Positions 50,607-60,701 of a DNA stretch of 64,000 nucleotides are shown here, piece after piece (position 1 is the first letter of the stretch; the number at the start of each line of letters is the position of its first letter). Made by a program: the position numbers and the translations under genes. The notes under the pieces were generated by a model, which did not search any database, was not told the DNA's origin, and worked only from the letters and a program-made list of their open reading frames with translations. Where the stretch lies: NCBI GenBank assembly GCA_040326155.1, contig JBEQLE010000009.1, positions 12,399 through 76,398 of the forward strand. The letters run 5' to 3'. The DNA is from Leptospirales bacterium. Lineage in GTDB: Bacteria > Spirochaetota > Leptospiria > Turneriellales > JAOUFE01.

Positions 50607-51416
50607 TCAATTATCAAGAAAATAGCAGTCATGCATTTTTAATACTTCTTTTGTGTTTTTACTGTTTTTGGGAGATAAGATATGTTTTACATAAGCATTG
50701 GCATGTTTAATGTTAAGTCGCTGAAATAATTTCTGCGGCAGCAAAGCGACAGAGATATCCCGATTTGTTCCAACGATAATATTTTCAAAAACTTTAAATT
50801 TTTTATTTTTAAAGTTCATAAGTTTATAAGCCGAATCTTGCCATGTAATTCCCTGATCATAAAATAATCGATTGCACGCAACTTGATCATCCTTAAAGGT
50901 AATTGTTTGCTTCAGATAATCTTTCATGAAATTGATAGATGCAATGTTGCTTTTTACATAGAAAAGTCCGCAACATAAAACAAACCCCCATTTTTCATGA
51001 ATATCAGGGGGCCATACGGTTCCCTGGGAAAATATAAAGTCTTTATTCGAACTGTAAAAAAAATCAGGGCAGGGATCTTTCAACCATACAGCATCGGCAT
51101 CTGAATGAATGATGTCATAACCCGATTCCAGAAACTTGATGAGAACTTTTGTCCTTTCCACCCAGATATTTTTTCGATTCAAATCGACTTTATATAAAAT
51201 TGAAGTAATTTTATTTTTTTGCAATTGTTGATAAAATTGATTATCCAGTGCAATAATAATATAATTGTTTACTCCAATACGTTTTGCCGCAGCTACCCAA
51301 TTGTATACAATGTCAGAATAAGCCAGATTGCCAAACACAAGAATTACAGTGTTATTTTTTTCAACTGCTCCGGCGATTTTTTTTAACTTTTTATTAAAGG
51401 ATAGCATAATTTTCAC
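50607..51416 (-). CDS. Nucleotide-diphospho-sugar transferase (GT77-like)
   Basis: IIALD, HSDADAVWLKDP (DxD), CCGLFY and DDQ...N motifs. Confidence 0.78.
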   Translation of the reverse strand: MKIMLSFNKKLKKIAGAVEKNNTVILVFGNLAYSDIVYNWVAAAKRIGVNNYIIIALDNQFYQQLQKNKITSILYKVDLNRKNIWVERTKVLIKFLESGYDIIHSDADAVWLKDPCPDFFYSSNKDFIFSQGTVWPPDIHEKWGFVLCCGLFYVKSNIASINFMKDYLKQTITFKDDQVACNRLFYDQGITWQDSAYKLMNFKNKKFKVFENIIVGTNRDISVALLPQKLFQRLNIKHANAYVKHILSPKNSKNTKEVLKMHDCYFLDN

Positions 51417-51599
51417 GATTGTTAATCAATATTTTATTTGCTTTTACAAATATAGCACCATACATCCTAAAATTGTTTTGTTTGATCAAGCATTATTTTA
51501 AAACAGGCGGCATGGTAAGGCGAAGGCGTTTGCTCGTAAAAAGTCTGCAAATCTTGTGATTAAATTCAATTTTTGTATTTTGCCGGCACATCTTTTTTT

Positions 51600-52421
51600 C
51601 TACATTATTTCATATTGAAAAAATGAAACAGTATCGATATTATTATTTAGTATACGTGATATTGCATCGATTTCATTTTGACTTAGCATAGAAATTTGTA
51701 CTTCATTACAATTTATTATTTGTTGCGGTGCATAATCTTTAACATCAACGTAACAGTTGATATCTGTCATAATAAAAGCGGGAATTTTCGTCGCTAGTTG
51801 CTTAATGCATCCTGCTGTGTCAGAACAGAATTGTTCATACGTAAAGAAAATAACATCATATTTTTTTATCCATTTTATAATCCAGCCGCTTCTCGAAAGC
51901 CATTCGTTGGTAAGTAGTTCAATTATTTTAATTCTTTCTGAAGTCGATTTGTTTTCCGGATCATATCTACGATACATGCGGCTTGAACAGTATGCATATG
52001 GATTACGGTTTATTGCAGCCAGGGTATGGTTTGGAAAGCATTCGGTCAATTTGTCTATCCTGACCAGGTTCGAAGGGCTTTTATCAATGATAACATTTGT
52101 AAGCTTTTGCGTTTCATTGATTTCTTGAATGCGTTTCATCCAGACTGATTTTACCGATATCCAATCGATATATTTAATTTGTTCCCATTTATTCTCTCCA
52201 CCCATTCCGGGAACCAGCCAAATACCTTCACCTCTTTTATTTAATAACGAAGTTCCTTCAGCTGTTTGTAACAACCGTGCCAGCGCCGTAGAACCCGCGC
52301 CTGCCGGAGTTAGAATAAATAAAAAATGTGGCTCTTTGTTTATTTTGTAATTTGGGCGAGGCCACAAAGATTTATTTTTTCGCCAGAACTTAAACATGAC
52401 AGCATATCGAGGTCTATCCAT
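51600..52421 (-). CDS. Sulfotransferase
   Basis: 5'-PSB-like PAGAGSTAL, DKSP, RNPY...S, YEQF. Confidence 0.8.
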   Translation of the reverse strand: MDRPRYAVMFKFWRKNKSLWPRPNYKINKEPHFLFILTPAGAGSTALARLLQTAEGTSLLNKRGEGIWLVPGMGGENKWEQIKYIDWISVKSVWMKRIQEINETQKLTNVIIDKSPSNLVRIDKLTECFPNHTLAAINRNPYAYCSSRMYRRYDPENKSTSERIKIIELLTNEWLSRSGWIIKWIKKYDVIFFTYEQFCSDTAGCIKQLATKIPAFIMTDINCYVDVKDYAPQQIINCNEVQISMLSQNEIDAISRILNNNIDTVSFFQYEIM

Positions 52422-52521
52422 TAAATATCAAGTACTTTATTTGCACAAGGTATTGTTTATACGAATGATAAACTCTTCACCTTTTTCGATTCCAGTGAAT
52501 GCGAGTAGGATATGATAGGTT

Positions 52522-53868
52522 CTAATTAAATTTATAATGAAAAAGTTCAAGATCTTTTTTATATACACGGGAAATTGTCTCGATGTTTCGTGTACTATAA
52601 AATTTTTTAAAATTAGGTTTACGCATACCTTTGTTGAGTTTCTGTATACTCAGAGGGTTTATTCCAGCAGCGTTACTGATTTTTAGAAGCTCTTCGTCCA
52701 GGTTTTCAAAGTAGATAATATAATCAACCAGACAATTACCGTTTTCGTCATAAACGTACTTGTACTGTGGTTCAAAGTGCTTCCATGATAATATTTCATC
52801 TTGTATTTTTTTCTCGTCTAGAGCATTTATAAAATCAGAAAAATTTTTATATTTTGACAGATGAATTTTCGCCCATTCGGAATCAAATTTGTTTCGCCCT
52901 CCATTTTTCAAATATCGAAAAGCAGAGATAATTCTGTCAAAAGGATTACGTACGACCGCAAATTTTAGATATTGTTTGAATTTTTCAGAATCCTCTTGGT
53001 AATATGAAATAGCTTTATGGTGGCCCACTTTACCATAGGTGCCAAAAAGAGCATTCTCTATGCTTGTTCCAGCATTTTTAGGGATATGAATAAAAATAAT
53101 TTTATATCGATGGTTAAACTCTTTAAATTTACTCGCTTTTCCCGACATTGGTACGAGATATTTTTCATAAGGTCCACTTTGCAAAGTGTTTTCGATCTCG
53201 TCATAATTTTGAATCAAATTACGGGAATTCATATTAGATATTTTTTTGATATTGGCAGTATAACTGTCAAAGTGCTCAATATTCAGGAAATCTTCTACCG
53301 TGTTTAAAGTTTGCTTTGTTTTGTAGACTAAATCGTTATAAGTTATCATCAAAGAATTCTCGAGTTGGCGAATTTCTTCTAATTCAACAAGCTCTGACTC
53401 AATATTTTTAAGTTCATTTACCAGCGTTACCGGCTCAAGGTAAACTGGCGCAGTATTGTTGCCCTGGACTTCGGTCTCTGTTGTTATGTGCCAGATTTTT
53501 TCTGTTCTAGCTATAATGCGCGAAAGATATATATCAAAAACATTATTACGAGTTAAAACGATTATCTTGATTTTATTTTGGCGAATGTAATCCATAACAT
53601 TTTTAAAGATAATTGCCTGGTCAAGCATGAGTTTAAATCCTGTCGTCGTATGGGCAAGAGCGCCGTTCGTATAAAAACTTTTTAGATAATCAGCAGGGGA
53701 GACATTTTTTTTTACAAAACGATAGTTGAAATTATCGACATTGTAACCTTCGCCGTTTGCTTTGAAAATTTCTTTTGCCATTAATACTGATGGGTGTGAA
53801 GAAAGCAGTTCAGCAAGAAATGTAGAGCCCGTTCTTTGTATAGAAAATAATACGAATTTTGTTTTCAT
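52522..53868 (-). CDS. Two-domain sulfotransferase (Stf0-like plus Sulfotransfer_2-like)
   Basis: QRTGST...GFKLM in the first domain; FIHIPKNAGTS...VRNPFDRIISAF...HFEPQ in the second. Confidence 0.88.
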   Translation of the reverse strand: MKTKFVLFSIQRTGSTFLAELLSSHPSVLMAKEIFKANGEGYNVDNFNYRFVKKNVSPADYLKSFYTNGALAHTTTGFKLMLDQAIIFKNVMDYIRQNKIKIIVLTRNNVFDIYLSRIIARTEKIWHITTETEVQGNNTAPVYLEPVTLVNELKNIESELVELEEIRQLENSLMITYNDLVYKTKQTLNTVEDFLNIEHFDSYTANIKKISNMNSRNLIQNYDEIENTLQSGPYEKYLVPMSGKASKFKEFNHRYKIIFIHIPKNAGTSIENALFGTYGKVGHHKAISYYQEDSEKFKQYLKFAVVRNPFDRIISAFRYLKNGGRNKFDSEWAKIHLSKYKNFSDFINALDEKKIQDEILSWKHFEPQYKYVYDENGNCLVDYIIYFENLDEELLKISNAAGINPLSIQKLNKGMRKPNFKKFYSTRNIETISRVYKKDLELFHYKFN

Positions 53869-53960
53869 TGTAATGATTATTTAAGTTGGGTCATCTAAAA
53901 TTGAATACGGATCTAAGCTCACGTCACCTTTAAGATTATTATCCACAGGGCAAACTTATA

Positions 53961-55373
53961 TTAAAACTGAAAATATATAAACTCACTACCTTTTTCGACA
54001 CCGGTAAAAACAAGAAGTAAAATTAAAACTGTCCAGAAAACCCCCCTCAAAATCGGTGACATTTTGACGGGCTTTCGATGAGCGAACCAGGTTCCTCGAA
54101 TTATGTGTCCCAACAAAATAAAAAATACCAGAATGGTATGGAACCAGTACTCAGGTTTCCAGGAATTAGAAAAGTCAAGAAGGCTGGACCAGATTTTTAT
54201 TGCCGTATCGACATTCTCTGATCGAAAAAGAACACCAATTACGATTACAATCATTAAGTAATTCAAAAAGATTGCCAAAGGTTTAGACCAGATATAGTTA
54301 CCCAAAAGTTTTTTTCTTCTAAAACGGGGAAGCAGCTTTAGAAACATAAACGAGGCTGACATGATTCCAGAAGCCAGTCCAAACAGGAGGAAGTTCCACG
54401 CAGCCCCATGCCAGAATCCTATGAGCGTCATCGTGAAAGTAATATTTAAAAATGTTTGCAACGGACGATTTCGAAAAGTTCCGCCGAGCGGACGGTAAAC
54501 ATAATCAGTGAACCAGTTTGTGAGCGTCATATGCCACCGGGACCAGAATTCACTGGGGTTTTCCGCTAAATAAGGCCAATCGAAATTTTCCGAAAGTTTG
54601 ATTCCAAATATTCGCGCGATACCGATGGCAATATCGGTATAGGCGCTGAAATCAAGATAGAGTTGTAAAGTAAAACAGAAAAGTGCCAAAAGAGTAATCC
54701 ACCCTCCATACTCAGAAGGATTTGCATATACCTGATCTACAATGATTGCGAAACGATCAGCAAGTACAAGTTTTTTAACCAACCCCCAAAGTATTCTTTG
54801 GAAACCCATTTCGTAATCTTCACGGGTTGCAACATTTTTTTTTGCTAATTGTTGCAGCAGTTTTGAAGCTCGCTCGATTGGTCCGGCAACAAGCTGGGGG
54901 AAAAAAGATACAAAGATCGCGAATTGTATAAAGTCCTTTGTTGGTTCAATCTTTTTTTGGTAAACATCAATTGTATAAGAAAGAGTCTGGAAGGTGTAAA
55001 ATGAAATACCCACCGGAAGCAGCCAATTCGTCAGTTCGATTCCTGGTTCTGAATTGGATGCTAAAAAATTAAGATTTTCGATAAAGAAATCGGTATACTT
55101 AAAAGCAAACAACATTCCCAGATTGCCGGTTAAACTCAGTCCGAAAAAAAAACGACGATGTGTAATGTTTTGAGTTCGATGTATCCACTGAGCCGTAGCG
55201 AAGTCAATGATAGTGGAAGAAAAAAGCAGAAAAATATACCACGGTTGAACCATAGAATAAAAGTAATATGACGCTGCTAATATTGTCAGTCGCCCGTATT
55301 TCCAGGGTAACATTCGGTTTAAAAGAATGGCGGTTGCTGCAAAAATATAAAAGTGATAACTAGTAAAGAGCAT
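53961..55373 (-). CDS. MBOAT O-acyltransferase (AlgI/DltB-like)
   Basis: PVGISFYTFQ, FFPQLVAGPIER, DFSAYTDIA, FWSRWHMTL and catalytic GFWHGA. Confidence 0.93.
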   Translation of the reverse strand: MLFTSYHFYIFAATAILLNRMLPWKYGRLTILAASYYFYSMVQPWYIFLLFSSTIIDFATAQWIHRTQNITHRRFFFGLSLTGNLGMLFAFKYTDFFIENLNFLASNSEPGIELTNWLLPVGISFYTFQTLSYTIDVYQKKIEPTKDFIQFAIFVSFFPQLVAGPIERASKLLQQLAKKNVATREDYEMGFQRILWGLVKKLVLADRFAIIVDQVYANPSEYGGWITLLALFCFTLQLYLDFSAYTDIAIGIARIFGIKLSENFDWPYLAENPSEFWSRWHMTLTNWFTDYVYRPLGGTFRNRPLQTFLNITFTMTLIGFWHGAAWNFLLFGLASGIMSASFMFLKLLPRFRRKKLLGNYIWSKPLAIFLNYLMIVIVIGVLFRSENVDTAIKIWSSLLDFSNSWKPEYWFHTILVFFILLGHIIRGTWFAHRKPVKMSPILRGVFWTVLILLLVFTGVEKGSEFIYFQF

Positions 55374-56457
55374 CGATTACGATCTTCTCCAGCTTCTCTG
55401 CCATAACCTTATGCCCTGATGCATCCATATGACCCAAGCTAATAAAATATTCTGTTTTAACCTGGTTTGTGAAATCGTAATTTCTTACTTTGTTTTTCAT
55501 CTCCTCCAAGACAAACTTTATGGATCGATTGTAATTGTCACGAGACTCTTTCTGTACCAATGAAAGGGCCGAAGGTTGCCATATAAGTCTGATGTCTGTT
55601 TTTGGATTCTCCTTTTGCATCCTGTGTAGAATACCTATGAAGCGAGCCGCCTTCTTAGAAAAACGTTGATAATGAATGAGTTTATTAAAAGTTCTATCTA
55701 TAACATCGGCATTTGCTTTATTTTGCCTTGGACGTTTCTTGAAATTTGCTTTTGGTAAAAAATTACCTTTATTACGGTCTATTCCATATGCAATGTTAAA
55801 TTGTTCCCTGTTTAATTGATTTCGTAATTTGTCAAGAAAGTGTATACGAGATCGGAGGATGTTAAAGTTGTACATAAAGAAAGCTTCCAAGTATAGTTCA
55901 ATGTCCGGTTTCCTTGTGACCCAAAAATTGTAAATTTTACTCCAAATTCTATGATCGGAAAATAGTAACCAGAGATCGCTGGAACCATGCTGCAGATCAA
56001 CCTCAGCAGCTTCCCATCCAAAGCTCACCAATTGAACAGGCAAGAGTGTGAATATCATGTCCGGTTTTTTTTCAATGGCCTTTTGAAGTAGAATAATAAA
56101 TTCAGGCATTCTCATGCCGGGAACGGACCAATTTTCGACTATGATATGAGAACCTCTCTTCTGTAGTTTATTCTGAAGCAGATTGCCGTATATTTGTTCT
56201 TCCTGTAATTCTGGCCCATAGCCCTGGGAGTTTGTGATAATGATAATATGGTTTCCATGATCAGGAGAAGATGCTGAGATGTACTCTGGCCAACCTCGCT
56301 TATAGGCTTGATTGCGTATTACTTTGGTCGCGTCCGGATTTTCCAGATAGGGTATCCATAAACCAGCAAGATACTCCGCGAACAGAAGCAATAGTAACAA
56401 CGATACAAATGGACTATTGAGTATCTTTAACCGCTTTATCATAGACTTTAGCATCAA
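55360..56457 (-). CDS. Membrane-anchored SGNH-like (AlgJ/DltD-type) partner of the MBOAT
   Basis: N-terminal TM; TNSQ (Ser block I-like), NWSVPG and GHMDASGH; overlaps the MBOAT start. Confidence 0.55.
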   Translation of the reverse strand: MMLKSMIKRLKILNSPFVSLLLLLLFAEYLAGLWIPYLENPDATKVIRNQAYKRGWPEYISASSPDHGNHIIIITNSQGYGPELQEEQIYGNLLQNKLQKRGSHIIVENWSVPGMRMPEFIILLQKAIEKKPDMIFTLLPVQLVSFGWEAAEVDLQHGSSDLWLLFSDHRIWSKIYNFWVTRKPDIELYLEAFFMYNFNILRSRIHFLDKLRNQLNREQFNIAYGIDRNKGNFLPKANFKKRPRQNKANADVIDRTFNKLIHYQRFSKKAARFIGILHRMQKENPKTDIRLIWQPSALSLVQKESRDNYNRSIKFVLEEMKNKVRNYDFTNQVKTEYFISLGHMDASGHKVMAEKLEKIVIDALY

Positions 56458-56526
56458 AAGTCCAAAGTTTAAGAATTACTTGATTTGGGTACTAGTTTTC
56501 GACCTGTATTATTATACGTTTTATTT

Positions 56527-56554
56527 ACCCCCGCTAGCAGAAGTCAACGGGGGT
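56527..56554. terminator. GC-rich stem-loop downstream of the tail-collar gene
   Basis: ACCCCCG...CGGGGGT 7-bp stem; no U-tract on the minus strand, so weak as an intrinsic terminator. Confidence 0.35.
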
Positions 56555-56565
56555 TTCACGAGCCT

Positions 56566-57243
56566 TTATGATCTAGACGGGTATAAACCATCAAGTGCGA
56601 TGATGTAATTCAAGGCCAAAAAAGGTTGGAGATTCGAAAGCGTAGTTGTACCGCTACCAGTACCGGCGGATCCGGTATTTCCTCCGGTGGCCCCGGAAGT
56701 GCCAGAGGGGGTATTATCAACTGTAATCGTACCGCTCATCGTAACTCCTCCAATTTCGGTGTTACCAGTCTGGTCGCTGTACCCGTATGTACTCACTGTT
56801 CCGCTGTTGTCAGTAGTTTTTCCCAGTATATGGTCCGGGCCGGGATTTTTTTTGGCTGAATCAGTGTTTTTCTCCGCTGCTACCTTGACGACAAGATCAT
56901 TCGTTACGGGGTGAGTGTGCTCTGGCAAGCCATGCGTATGATCTGGAAAGGTGTGAATATGCGCTGGCATCATGTCTGATGAAATCTCATTGGTTGGGAT
57001 ACCGCCTTGGATTCCAAGCCTGAATTCGGGAATTCCGGGGTACGTTCCTGTTCCCACAATCGTTCGCCCTCCTAAATTGGGTAATGCAAAATTCGTTACT
57101 CCATCGCCACCGAAAGTCGTACCAAGCAGTGAAAAAAGCGACTGGTTCTGGTTAATTGGAATGAACTGTCCTTTACAGAAGGACCAACCTCTTGGCGCAA
57201 AATTTGACGGCCAAGGTATAATCATCGAAATAAATGGTTCCAT
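56566..57243 (-). CDS. Phage tail-collar domain (MdpB / microcystin-dependent-protein-like) protein
   Basis: NFAPRGW.FC.GQ...QNQSLFSLLGTTFGGDG.TNFALPNL.GR; MPAHIH; C-terminal NLQPFLALNYIIAL.GLYPSR; RBS AAGGAG. Confidence 0.92.
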   Translation of the reverse strand: MEPFISMIIPWPSNFAPRGWSFCKGQFIPINQNQSLFSLLGTTFGGDGVTNFALPNLGGRTIVGTGTYPGIPEFRLGIQGGIPTNEISSDMMPAHIHTFPDHTHGLPEHTHPVTNDLVVKVAAEKNTDSAKKNPGPDHILGKTTDNSGTVSTYGYSDQTGNTEIGGVTMSGTITVDNTPSGTSGATGGNTGSAGTGSGTTTLSNLQPFLALNYIIALDGLYPSRS

Positions 57244-57306
57244 ATTTTCTCCTTTTGTACATTGATTTAATATAAAGTATTATATTAATCCTAAAAACGT
57301 TTTTAA

Positions 57307-57615
57307 TTAATTAAAAATTGCTTCATAAAATATTCCGTCCCGGTTTTGTATGAAAGCAGATAAAGCCAGTTGTAGTGGGTTTGACCCTTCATCGACGAGT
57401 TCATAAATTCCTGTTGGCAGTACTATGTCTCTTGGTCCGCAAAAGGTTAACACAAAAGGGATGGCTCGGTAGTTGTCTGGCGTTGGTCCGGTATAATCGT
57501 CCGGGTAAGGGGGAGTTAGCTTTTTAACTTCTGTTAATTTTAAGCTCAAAACTCGATCTTGTAGTTTTATATTATAAGCCTTATTTATATTATCCTTGAA
57601 ATCGATATATTCCAT
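57307..57615 (-). CDS. DUF6916-like small protein
   Basis: LKLTEV...R.PF.L.F.GP...LP.GIY...YEAIFN, the usual partner of tail-collar genes. Confidence 0.75.
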   Translation of the reverse strand: MEYIDFKDNINKAYNIKLQDRVLSLKLTEVKKLTPPYPDDYTGPTPDNYRAIPFVLTFCGPRDIVLPTGIYELVDEGSNPLQLALSAFIQNRDGIFYEAIFN

Positions 57616-57853
57616 AAATAACTCTATTGATATTTATTTGCCCTGATACTTGTTGCGGCATTTTGACACATACGTTAAGACGTATAAGGTATATCTGCGG
57701 ATATGTCAATAGTTTAAATTAAAATAAATAGATTAGGCATCAGTATAAAAAAACGATATTTTCAGTAAATTATGGAAAAGCCGGGTAAAATAACTTTTCA
57801 TTGTTGATAAGAGGTTTACACTTTACCTACCCCCCTCGTACGGTAAGCTGTAA

Positions 57854-59569
57854 ATGAAGATAGGGCACATTATAAATCCCGTAATAGTAAATACCGACAG
57901 CGATCTGTATGATGCCCAACCCGTTACTTTCGAAAGCCTGCACAGGGCAAAGCTTTTTTGCGAAGTTATTCAAATTCCCGTACATATTACCTTGATTGCG
58001 GCAACTTATCAAGAAGATGCATCTATAGTTCCCGACTATTTCGATAAAAAATTGATTCTTGAAAAATCGGTATTGGATATTAACCAGTTCCATGTGCCCA
58101 GAAAATTGCCCTTGATCTCCGAATTAATAAACAAGGCAAATGAAACAGGAGAGTATGACTATCTCATTTACACGCATGTAGACATTTCAGTCCAACCTTA
58201 TTATTACGAGTATATTTATAATAAAATAGAGTCCGGCAATGATGGTTTAGTTATTAATAGAAGAACGATAAGCAAACTAAAAGACAACAATGGGCTACTT
58301 ACAAATATGTATTCAGAAATCGGAGAAAAACATCCAGGTTATGATTGTTTTGTCATGAACTGCAAAAATATTCCTTTTATGGAGTGGGAAAATGTATGTA
58401 TTGGAGCAAATTGGGTAGGACGCATACTACTTGCCAACACGACAGGTTTTTCAAAAAAACATGAAATTACCACGGAAGCTCATGTGACTTTTCATTTGGG
58501 AGATGATCGGGCCTGGAAAAATAATAAATTCAAGGATTACGATACACACAATGCTAAAGAAGTCATTCAGGCCATTGATAAATTGCAGGCAAAAAAGAAG
58601 TTTACGTACATTGAATTAATTTCACAATATCACGCACAATTGCAGGGAAAGCCAGTTATAAAAGCCGGGGCGCCAGTACGGATTACTGACCCAGGTGATC
58701 ATCTTAACCTGACGGAAGATCCGGTATTCATAGTGGGTTATCCCAGGTCTGGAACGACTCTGGTTCAAGCGTACTTGCACTCAACGACTGGTCTGGTTAG
58801 TTTTCCAGAAACCCATTTTTTTAATATCGTTTGGAATAAATGCCTGCCAGATTTAGAAACGAAACTTACTGAAAAACATGTTATGGATGCATTGGTGGTA
58901 TTGAAAGAGGTTGCCGGTTTTGATATAACGGGAAAATTACAAAAGAATATTTTAACATTGACTCAACAAAGTTCAATCACGCAAAAAACACTTTTTGAGC
59001 AGATTGTTAGAGGACTGATCTCATATTATTACCCTGGATTATCTGGCAATGTTCGTTATATAGAAAAGACGCCTTCACACGCTAGAGTGGCCCGACGCAT
59101 TAAAAATACATTTAAAAATGCTAAATTCATTTGGATTATTCGTTGGCCTATTGATACTATTCTTTCGGCTAAAAAGCATTTGATTCCGCAAGGAAGTATG
59201 AGTCTTCGAGAAATCGCCAGAGACTGGATGAATTTAAATACTACAATGACAAAGTTTGCTAAAAACTGCCCGAAGGATATTTTTAAAATACGGTTTAAGG
59301 CATTTACGAGCAACCCGGGCAAATATGGAAAACAAACAGCCACATTTCTGAATATTCCATTTAACAAAGAGGTAAATTCGAACTCAAAAAAAGTTAATGA
59401 CAAACTTGTACATTCCTGGGAAACCTGGAAACAAAGTGATTATACGAAAGTAAATAAAACTAAAAATAAATACTTTTTCAAAGGTTCAATAAAAGAGATT
59501 TTGAGCGTTTACAAAGTATTATATGGAAAAAAAAGGGCGATCCAGGTTTTTTATAAGTTTTTCAATTAA
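57854..59569 (+). CDS. Fusion of a GT-A-like domain and a sulfotransferase
   Basis: N-terminal YDYLIYTHVDI...HPGYDCF; C-terminal PVFIVGYPRSGTTL, PETHFF and EKTP. Confidence 0.8.
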   Translation: MKIGHIINPVIVNTDSDLYDAQPVTFESLHRAKLFCEVIQIPVHITLIAATYQEDASIVPDYFDKKLILEKSVLDINQFHVPRKLPLISELINKANETGEYDYLIYTHVDISVQPYYYEYIYNKIESGNDGLVINRRTISKLKDNNGLLTNMYSEIGEKHPGYDCFVMNCKNIPFMEWENVCIGANWVGRILLANTTGFSKKHEITTEAHVTFHLGDDRAWKNNKFKDYDTHNAKEVIQAIDKLQAKKKFTYIELISQYHAQLQGKPVIKAGAPVRITDPGDHLNLTEDPVFIVGYPRSGTTLVQAYLHSTTGLVSFPETHFFNIVWNKCLPDLETKLTEKHVMDALVVLKEVAGFDITGKLQKNILTLTQQSSITQKTLFEQIVRGLISYYYPGLSGNVRYIEKTPSHARVARRIKNTFKNAKFIWIIRWPIDTILSAKKHLIPQGSMSLREIARDWMNLNTTMTKFAKNCPKDIFKIRFKAFTSNPGKYGKQTATFLNIPFNKEVNSNSKKVNDKLVHSWETWKQSDYTKVNKTKNKYFFKGSIKEILSVYKVLYGKKRAIQVFYKFFN

Positions 59570-59617
59570 TTCTTACTGAATACAGCTAAAACTTGTTTAA
59601 ATGAAGCGCATTAAAAC

Positions 59618-60697
59618 ATGAAAAAAAAAGAGAAAATAAAAATATTTATAGTCCGAACTCATTACCCTCATTGGGGTAAACATACCGGTATCCATCAATA
59701 TGTTTCCTATCTGGATAAAGATCAATATCAAATTAAGGAATTTATAGTTAAAATGACAAGTAATAAATGGAAGGATTCATTTGTCGGAGTTATTTTTAAA
59801 AAAATTATTGGCAAGAAAGGGGTAAGGTCTTACGGTTTTTATGATTATATCGCAGAAATTTGTATTTTCTTTCGCGCTTTATTTCAGACACCTGATATTG
59901 TTCTTATGCATGACGCTGAGCATACTTTGGCATTTTTACCCGGTTTTTTTGCTATCATAAATTTCATTAAAAAACCGGTGATTGTGGGTATGTATCATCA
60001 GCCCGTGAGTATATTGAAAAAAATTCTACAAGAAAAAACTTGCGTTTATCCTGATAAAATTGTTCTGATGTCTCCTGGGCAGAAAAAGTTTTTTCTGGAA
60101 AATGGCAGAAAAGATAAAGATATTCATGTTATTCCACATGGTGTTGATTGTACATTTTTTCAACCTGAAAAACAAACTTCCTCGATAGTCAAAAATAATT
60201 TTACAATGTTAACTGTTGGTTTTTGGCTCAGAGATTTTGACGCAATTTTTGAAACTGCGGCTATTTGCTTGAAAGAAAACTTCAATTTTATTATCGTAAC
60301 ATCCGAGTTAAAAGTTCCCGAGAAGCTTACCAACGTAAGCATACTATCTAACCTGAGCGATGAGAAACTAAAAAAACTTTACAATAGCGCTGATGTACTT
60401 CTGATGCCGCTTAAGGATGGTACCGCTAACAATGCGATACTGGAAGGTATGTCCTGTGGTTTGCCTGTTGTAACTACGAATATTGACGGTACTGCTTATT
60501 ATATAGGTAAAAAAAATGGTTATCTGCTTGACGAAAATAATCCAGATGAAATTGCCAATATACTTCGTAAGTTAGAATCAGATAAAAAGTTGCGTGACAA
60601 GTTAAGTCATAAGTCAATTTTGAGAATGAAAAAATATAACTGGAAGATTGTTACGCAAAAGTATAAAGAACTTTTTTGTAATTTGTCGGGTCGCTAA
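59618..60697 (+). CDS. GT4 glycosyltransferase
   Basis: VIPHGVD and ADVLLMP...NNAILEGMSCGLPVV motifs. Confidence 0.9.
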   Translation: MKKKEKIKIFIVRTHYPHWGKHTGIHQYVSYLDKDQYQIKEFIVKMTSNKWKDSFVGVIFKKIIGKKGVRSYGFYDYIAEICIFFRALFQTPDIVLMHDAEHTLAFLPGFFAIINFIKKPVIVGMYHQPVSILKKILQEKTCVYPDKIVLMSPGQKKFFLENGRKDKDIHVIPHGVDCTFFQPEKQTSSIVKNNFTMLTVGFWLRDFDAIFETAAICLKENFNFIIVTSELKVPEKLTNVSILSNLSDEKLKKLYNSADVLLMPLKDGTANNAILEGMSCGLPVVTTNIDGTAYYIGKKNGYLLDENNPDEIANILRKLESDKKLRDKLSHKSILRMKKYNWKIVTQKYKELFCNLSGR

Positions 60698-60701
60698 TAA
60701 C

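Noticed and set aside
53939..53947. Perfect DnaA box TTATCCACA (also TTATTCACA near 45562)
   Set aside because: Isolated single boxes with no cluster or unwinding element; expected by chance in AT-rich DNA.
56566..57243. Prophage suggested by the tail-collar gene
   Set aside because: No integrase, capsid, terminase or other phage genes anywhere in the window.
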